A stretch of 64,000 nucleotides of DNA from Bugula neritina (Eukaryota; Animalia; Bryozoa), in assembly GCA_964035545.1 (NCBI GenBank), contig OZ037767.1:14822998-14886997 (forward strand). The letters are read 5' to 3'. Below are positions 49,459 through 64,000 of this stretch, piece after piece. How positions within the stretch are numbered: position 1 is the first letter of the stretch; each line of letters opens with the position of its first letter. The notes under the pieces were generated by a model. The model saw only the letters and a program-made list of their open reading frames with translations. It did not search any database and had not been told where the DNA came from. The position numbers and the translations under genes are program-made.

Positions 49459-52400
49459 TTAGCTGATGACGCATACACTGCTTCCTTCTCTAGAGGTTGA
49501 GAGGCCATTATTAGACGCAAGATACAATCTCTTCCCATCTACAGCCATATCGTGCTTTATATCTGAAGTGAGTGAGTGCACCTCAGTGTAACCCAACTTT
49601 TCACCTGGAAATGAATGAACTAAACATGGAACTGCTGCAGTATAAGATAAATTTACATTGGTCTGTAAATAGCAAAATCTAGTTGGCAGTAACAGCATTT
49701 ATATAAAAAAATATGTTTGGTCACTTAAACTATTTGATATTTTTAAAAAGTCTATCTAAGATTATTAGTAAAACAAAGCGTGTTCAAATTTGTTGATTAT
49801 CAAGTAAGAATTGCAAAAACGTTTTTTCAACTCTATTATTACTACAATCAAATCTGGCAATATATACAAAATTGTTAATGAAATGTTTTTGGACACGAAA
49901 GGTATATTATATTGTAAATTATTGAATGGTTAATAGTTTGAATTTTTTATATTTACCTTCAGGGGACAGTACAGTGAGAGTTCTTTTGTTTAGTCTCTTC
50001 ACCCAAATCTGTCCGTTATTCCTATCAACTGAGATCCCTGTGCAGTTGGCGTGTCCAATCTGCCATTTGCAGCGACCATTTTTGAACATGAATACGCTTT
50101 TAGCTTCTGTATCACTAACGACTAATCCATCCTTACCATAAGGCTTTATATGTATCGGAAACTCAAAGGAAGGGTGAGTAATCTTACCAACTTCATTTCC
50201 ATCATCATTAAATGTGACTACAGATTTTTCCTTAGGGTTACTAACAAAGACCTCTCCATTTACCACAGCAATTTTTCCTGCTCGAAACTGGGTTGTCCAT
50301 CTCTTGAGTTGCACTTTTAAATCTAGGCTATAAACTTCTACTGTGCGATCACTGCATTGGGCGTAGACTTTCCCGCCATTTTCGCAAACGCTCCATATAG
50401 CTCCACTAGTCTTTACAGAGCTCGTTAAAGTGTCAGAACGATTATATGACTTAAGTAGTCCAGCAAAAGTACCAGCAATTGCCTCCCCTTTAGATGAGAA
50501 GCAGACGGAAGTGACTTCTTCACTAATTAGAGATTCTGTCATTGTGATAGATTTTATGATTTGGTCCTCTTCTTCCTTCTCCATCTAAAAACATATTTTT
50601 GAAACTATAAACTCTCTTGTCACTTGGTACTTTTTGTGTTATCAGAAAGCACGGGTGGCACTGATTAAATCCTACACAATGCATAAAATGAACTTCATTA
50701 TACAATACAGAAAAACTAAAATATCATTAATTTTGATATTAATAAGGCATTTTGCTTATACTATGTTAGTAATAAGTTTATCTAGTAAAATAAAAAGTTC
50801 GCTTAAAGGTAACAGATCTTTAAGTATTTTAATTGTATTTTAAATTATCTGAGTTGTTGAAGTTAAATATAAAAAGCTTGATGATTCAATACCGCATTGA
50901 CTTCCCTGTTCAGTACTACAATATAATATATTATGGAATGAGACTGAAACTGGCGATTAGAATAACCATACCTCTTCAATCTCATTTTCATTTGTACTTT
51001 CAGGATTAGCTTCTGGTTTGGTAGTTGTCTTCTTTAATGCTGAGAGAAAGAAGATGACTCATCATCAATTTTAGATAAAATGGCACAGGTAATAATGGCA
51101 CAATGAAAATGGTACAGGTAAAAATGGCACAGGTAAAAATGGCACAGGTAAAAATTGCACAAACTCAAAGTAGGTAAAAATGGCACACTGATGTTAAACT
51201 TTCTCAACCCCAAATCCTCCACCCAAAATTGAAGCTCTCAACCCTTAAACCCCAATCTCAAACCCCTATTCCAAACCCTAATATTGAAAATGTGCTATTT
51301 TTTCTTGCTTTGCCATTTCTGCTCACTATTACCTGTGCCATTATTACCTGTGCCATTTTGCCTGTGCTATTTTTACCTGACACTCTCATCATATAACTAT
51401 TTGTCTGTCAATATTACTATTGCTTTATTATGAGGTCTTTAAAAAGGTGCGATAAACATCATTTTGAAGTTTTAGCCTGCCATAAAGTTCACATATATAG
51501 TTACTTTACCATTTGACTATAAGTTCAAGAGCTAATATAATTTTCCCAAGCATAAGAACTGATGCAAGGAGGTCTCCGATTGTTAAAAAAGTCATTGAGC
51601 CAACTGGTTCAAAATTTTTCCAAGCAGAATGTAAACATGCATACATCAATTCGATAATTTATAATGAATTTACAAATTTTATGTTTTATGACATCACAGC
51701 TCTTAAATCTCATAATCGGACTATTACTCATTATACACTTACTCATGTTTTCCACAAATTGGATTTTCTCAACTTCATTATCATTAGCAGCCATGGCACT
51801 GTAAAGTTTGAGCACTTCCTTCTTGTGTTCCATCTTCTTGATCATACTCTCTAACTGAAATAATGTGATGTCTTCTCTTTAATTAAACGATTAGTAATTC
51901 ATTCATAGCTTTCACCTAAATTTATAATATGATATTCATGCTTTTCAGCCAATATATTATTTACACTAAACCTTCTAACTAAAATACCTTTCAACTACTA
52001 TAAAAATATGATTTGCAAAATGTGCAATGCGTTTGCAAAACAGAAACCAGAGTCTTTGTTACCTAAAGCAGTTTCTTATTTAGCTGGGCCAAATGCTGTG
52101 GCCAGAAAACAATTGTGATTCAAGACTTTCATTTATTTAGTCCCTCTTCATGTGCTATCAGCTGTTTCATGCTTTAAAATTCAAATTTGAAATGAATGAA
52201 CAAATGAAGGATGCAATGTTTATTTTTATAGACCAAATTTTAAGCCCAAAGTTAAAGCAAGCACTCCTTCTGTCATTACATGCAGTTTTATACAAGTGTA
52301 TATGAAATTATAATCCTTAGGAGTTGTGTTACCTCATCCTCCACCTTTTTTTTCCAAACTTCCAGAACATTCTGAGCGTTTGTAGTCAAGTCGACTAAAT

Positions 52401-53881
52401 CTAAGGGCTGGTGACCTTCGGCATTCTCGTCGCATCTGGTTTTTGAAACGCATCTACAATTTATTGAGAATTAAATATTTTCAATATAATATAATATAAT
52501 TTAACGTAATATAATATAACAGAATATAATATGATATAATATATTATTTAGAACTTGAAGGGTTTAAAAATTATAGCTATTTGTTTATTTATCATAACTT
52601 TATTTAAATTTAAAATACTTCCCATAACATTACAAAAAATGATATGAAATGTTTGCGGTTTATAATTTTTATACACTTATATTACAATATTGTATTATAT
52701 CATGATCCTATGTCATATCATATTTTATCATGTTATATTACATTATTCTATTATATTGTAATATATATTATGTATATTATGTTGTATTGTATTTATATTA
52801 TATTTATAGATTACACCATTATAGCTAGTATATATACAATAGATTGAGGATATTCATTTTGTACTAATTGAGAAATTATTTTAAGCACAAACTTACATCT
52901 TGTATAATTATGTAGATTTAAAGGTTTTACTAACTTGTAGCAGAGAAAAGTAGAGCAACTTTGACATCTTGCTCCTACTTCACTTTCACAGTATTTGCAT
53001 GCAGTTTTCCCTAAGAAAAATCAACCAAAAAGAAAGATAATTCCAAATTATATTTTGCAGTGAGCAAAAGTGATCATAATTATGGTGTAAAAGGAGATAT
53101 AAAAATGCCCTATCTTAAGTACTAATGCACTTTACCTCTGTTTTGATTGGTGGAATCCAGATCTTGTAGCTGATCTCTAAAGTACTGAGTAAGTCTGCAC
53201 AATGGAAAGCCTTGTAGAGGTATGTTATAGTTGGTTCTACATGTTGGACACTTCACTCTAAGTCCACGATCAGCTAACTGCCCTGTAGATGTTATAGTAG
53301 TGTACAGTTACACACTGGTACAGTAGTACACAGTAGCATAGTAGTATAGTAATATACAGTAGTATAGTACACACAGTAGTATAGTAATATACAGTAGTAT
53401 AGTATAGTAGTACACAGTAGTATAGTAGTATAGTAATATACAGTAGTATAGTATAGTAGTACACAGTAGTACACAGTAGTACACAGTGGTATAGTATAGT
53501 AGTATACAGTAGTACACAGTAGTATAGTATAGTAGTACACAGTAGTATAGTATAGTAGTACACAGTAGTATAGTATAGTAGTACACAGTAGTATAGTATA
53601 GTACACAGTAGTATAGTATAGTACACAGTATAGTATAGTATAGTAGTACACAGTAGTATAATATAGTAGTACACAGTAGTATAGTATAGTAGTACACAGT
53701 AGTATAGTATAGTAGTACACAGTAGTATAGCATATATGAGTAAACGCTGACCTATGCAGTCACCACACAGCCGATGCTGACAAGGCAGCAGGTGCAGAGG
53801 TTTACTCCCATAACATATGCAGCAGTTCAGCTCTTCAACAGCCTCTTTTGTGAGGAAAAATGATTTCTCCCTTGTTACCAT
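49459..53881 (-). CDS. TRIM-like E3 ligase: C3HC4 RING, B-box-like, short coiled coil, NHL/beta-propeller-like C-terminus
   Basis: Exons 53881-53752, 53282-53136, 53010-52935, 52453-52333, 51854-51743, 51039-50972, 50584-49957, 49634-49459. RING CCIC..LPCQHRLCGDC..CPTC; CKYC..CQSC..LCYKC..C..H. The C-terminus has propeller-like repeats (IAVVNGEVFVS, GLVVSD, GISVDRNNGQIWV). Confidence 0.8.
51072..51385. mobile_element. Fold-back element with AGGTAAAAATGGCAC subrepeats, copy 2
   Basis: Direct subrepeats on the left arm, inverted ones on the right arm, and an AACCC-rich centre. Confidence 0.75.
53320..53730. repeat. Low-complexity AGTAT/AGTACAC minisatellite in the intron that splits the RING domain
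   Basis: Unit about agtagtatagtatagtagtacac. Confidence 0.9.
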
Positions 53882-56365
53882 TTCTTCAGGCAGTTTATAA
53901 CAGTATCAGTGCCAGTAATAGTACTATTAACAGTAGCGGTATAAGTAACAGTACTAGCTATAGTATCAGTAGCACTAATAGCACTAGTCAAAGTAACAGT
54001 ACTAGGTACCAGTAGCAGTAAGTACTAGTCAAAGTAACAGTACTAGTACCAGTAGCAGTAAGTACTATAGTCAAAGTACCGGTACTAGCTTATATAGTAA
54101 CAGTATCAGTATTAGTGACAGTAACAGTACTAGTAATAGATGACAATTCCAGTAGTAGAGATAGCCAGTACCAGTAATAGACTGCAGTTGCTTAGTCTAC
54201 CAGTTAGTAAGTAAACCACTATTCGCTACGTTATTGTGTGCTAAGAGCAGGTAAAATGGCAGAACCTGGTTGCTAGGACTCTGATTAAAAAGTTATATTG
54301 GCCTTAAATGCTCTTAAATACTTTCTGTAAGAGAGCATTGTTATGCAATCTCTCAACTGTGAACGCGAGTGACCTGGTTATTCAGCACCAGTTTGTTTAA
54401 TTGTGAAAATGCAAATACTAACTGCTCTTGCTTGTATTTTGTTTTGATTTAACAAGTGGTTAAGTAAGTTCAATTAAAATTTTTTTGCATATTTCTTTTC
54501 TTTGCTTATAGCATAATATGCATGCTACACAAAATAAATTCGCCAAGGACGGATGCTTTCTATTTACAGTATAGCTGTAGAATGATTGTTTTGTTTGAAG
54601 TAGCGATTAAAGGTGCACATTGAGTCTCTATAAACAGCCCTGATGCTGTTTCTATTTTTGTATTCAAGTTGTATTATGACTTACTTTGTGTGGATTTAAG
54701 TTATGTAACACCTTATTAAATACTTACACATTCTAAAACATAGTTAATTGGCTAGATTTTGTGAATACACATATATATCTATATAAATGACACAATGATT
54801 ACTTGACAATGAAAGTCAATTAGAACTATAAGTTTTAGCTATTTTTAAGCTGAATTCATTTTACAGTGAAAGTCCAAACTAAGACAAAATGTTTTAGAAC
54901 TGAAGAGTATAGGATAATATATAAACAGCAATGTCTCAAATATAAACTAATGTTTGAGACATCGCTGTTTATATAGTATCCTTCGATAACCATTATAACA
55001 GAATATTGCCTCTAAAAAGTGTCAAGTTATATTTTCTGCTATATAACTAAAGATGTAGAAACACAACATACCTAGCTACACCTGGTTATAACTGCCACTT
55101 AATACTATCAGATATTGCATTCACTTAATAGCACTGCTATGTCATGTTTAAAGAAAATATTGTGTTTATATGTTATTGTATTTTGCACTTAAATTTTATT
55201 CTATCATTGCTCCAACTTTTTAAATGAATACAAAAATATACACTAAACAGGAAATAAAAAGTAAATTATTGCGGTTGATATTTATGATTGCCAAATAACA
55301 ACATAACAGCTGCCTGTTTTAGCGAAAACTCCATAAAATTAAACTCAATATCTATGCAAAGATAATTTAGGTTTATTTTATTCTAATTTTAGAATTATTT
55401 TGGATATAACATGGCATTATTCTATAAATATAAAAATATGTAACTTCTGTAAAGAAAGAGTGTAAAATTGATCATAATATGAAGTGCCAATGTCTGTTTT
55501 CATATCCAGCTTAGAAAACCTGTAGGCCTGTCATTTTCTTTTATGTTATACTTTATAGTTTTTTTCTGCTTGTTGTCTACACATAAAATAGCTGCTATAT
55601 AATATCGTATTTTGTTGTGTAAGGATTAACCAAAGCAAGTTTTCATTTTGTATACACAGCTCTTTATTAGAAATACATATCTATGCAAGCATTAATATTT
55701 ATTACAAAAGTTAGTTAATCAAATTATCATTTAATTATATGCCTGTTTTTAATCAAAATATATATGTAATGTTAATACAAAGTGTTGCAAATCTTTACAG
55801 AATGAAAGAATCAACAAATAGTTGTGTGTATTTTGTGATGAATTGGACTAGTTTATTATACTCACTTCACTATAAAAGAGTTTGAAGCATCATGGTGGAA
55901 ACAATATTGGAAATGAAGTGAAAATATGTGAATTTTTACATAGTTGAATGCATGACTGTGTTATCACAGTTAAAAGTGATAAATACTAATTTTTCATTAG
56001 AAATCAGAATTACCTAAAAATTAAAAAAATATGCTCTATATTGTTCTGTATAAAGGGAGTGCAATAAGATTGTACAAAGATTGTGCGAAAAATGCACACA
56101 AATTTTATGTTGAAGCTTAGCTCATATCAAACATAGCCTTGATGTCTTTAAAAGTTGGAGTCAGTAAAGTACGTCATACGCTGTTTAAAAGATATCAAGC
56201 AAAAAACACCAAATGTAAAAAATAAAATTAGGTCAAAAGTATATAAAATTAGGTCATGATCTGTTTGCATTATCGTGCTGTAAAATATGATACTGTTAGC
56301 TCCTAAGCGATCAGCTACATAGAGATTTCAAACCCAATGAATATATTTTACTAACGATATAGCTA

Positions 56366-62913
<6,548 letters not shown>

Positions 62914-63440
62914 GTTATAGCGATATTCTTAAAGCAAATGATGTCTTCACTGGCTACCAGCATAAACAGATAGCAGTTGCACCAATGATGTCTACGTGTT
63001 TACGAGGTGAAGTCAGAAGTGAGTCAGAGTGATCAAATTCTCTCTTCTACATTATTTATTTCACATGTCGTATTGCTCCACGAGCTTGCTTCCCTGTGGG
63101 AATACGAATAATGCAGTTAACAAATGATATCTGGTGTAATCATTAGTATATAGAGTGCCACTGTCTAGTGCTATAAATAAAGTACTCGCGACGCACAACA
63201 TACCAAAAGGTGAAGCTATGAGTTATTATTGAACCATCTGTGAGCATATTATTATTTCACCTTGCATTAATCAGATGAGTGTATAGTACTATGGGTAGTA
63301 AAATTTCTATAGTAATTGCTATAGCAAACCAAACAGAGCCCTGCATTCAGCCTATTCATCCGGTTTATGCTGATATAAAAGAAACTACTCGGTGAAAGAA
63401 ATAGTTATTTGAGGTAGTCCTAGCTCATTCATTGTTAATT

Positions 63441-63540
63441 AATCCCTGATACACATCGCTTATGCAGTATTAAAATATTCATCTATATCTTAGCTATCAT
63501 CTACATAAAGTTGCATGCCTAAATAATTTTGTTTTATAAT
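63441..63540 (+). repeat. Dispersed repeat (copy of 2786-2880)
   Basis: Near-identical 44-bp core plus similar flanks. Confidence 0.7.
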
Positions 63541-64000
63541 GAATTAGGCCATTTCAGTGATTAAGCTGTGCACTACAGCAGCTGAAATTAACATGCAATG
63601 AAGGTTAGCTCTAACTAGTATAGGTTGTATAGTTACAGTAAAGTCAAAGTCAACCAAACAGTCATCTGCAATTCATCAAAAATCCCAAATCAATTCAGCA
63701 CATATGCACACCTATTTTATTAAAAAACAAAATTTCTTAGGCATCCAACTTTAAAACAGTATGTATATGAAACCTAATATATATATATATATAGCCTATA
63801 TGATTATTTTCATACCGTATCAAGGATTCTTCAACTGTTCATAATTAATGGTTTGTGTTGGAAATGAGCTATAGAAACCAACAAACACCAATAGCTGATA
63901 TGACAAAGAGAAGATTGATTACTTACCTCTTTGTGTAAAGAGGTAAGTAATCTATAGCTCAAGGCTCATTGGCTGATCAATTTAGCGTGAAAATTGTTTT

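Noticed and set aside
51510-51610. Extra hydrophobic exon of the TRIM-like gene
   Set aside because: It is not needed because exons 51743 and 51039 join in phase, and its end phase is incompatible with the next exon.
53292-53733. Tyr/Thr/Leu-rich ORFs
   Set aside because: Intronic low-complexity repeat; only 53881-53752 and 53282-53136 splice into a complete RING.
54900-54990. Hammerhead ribozyme (CTGAAGA before a hairpin)
   Set aside because: GATA instead of GAAA after the stem, and no convincing stem I or stem III.

Overview
AT-rich, intron-rich animal DNA; an invertebrate, possibly lophotrochozoan, origin is inferred from composition and gene content only. Six multi-exon genes can be spliced by eye through GT-AG junctions with consistent phases: (1) a TEX45/SAXO5-like candidate ciliary microtubule-inner protein (+, 1472-16578), with an 8.2 kb 33-bp satellite in one intron; (2) COQ8/ADCK3 (-, 17112-24380); (3) MRPL9 (+, 26445-36253), head-to-head with COQ8; (4) a divergent NFAT5-like Rel-homology/IPT transcription factor (+, ~39472-47437) with a consensus kB site and TATA box upstream; (5) a TRIM-like RING/B-box/coiled-coil/beta-propeller protein (-, 49459-53881); (6) a WSCD-type sulfotransferase with no WSC domain seen (-, 56366-62913). 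Introns carry two tRNA-derived SINE families, several MITE/fold-back elements and many minisatellites. The most notable non-obvious signals are three minimal type-I hammerhead ribozyme motifs between (TA)n tracts (an inverted pair at 4748-4876 and one at 62163-62209; Penelope-like/retrozyme remnants). A second is a recurring pattern of tandem repeats that begin at exon-intron junctions and multiply splice donors or acceptors, with about 20 acceptor copies in COQ8. The 1907-aa and other low-complexity ORFs are judged repeat artefacts.
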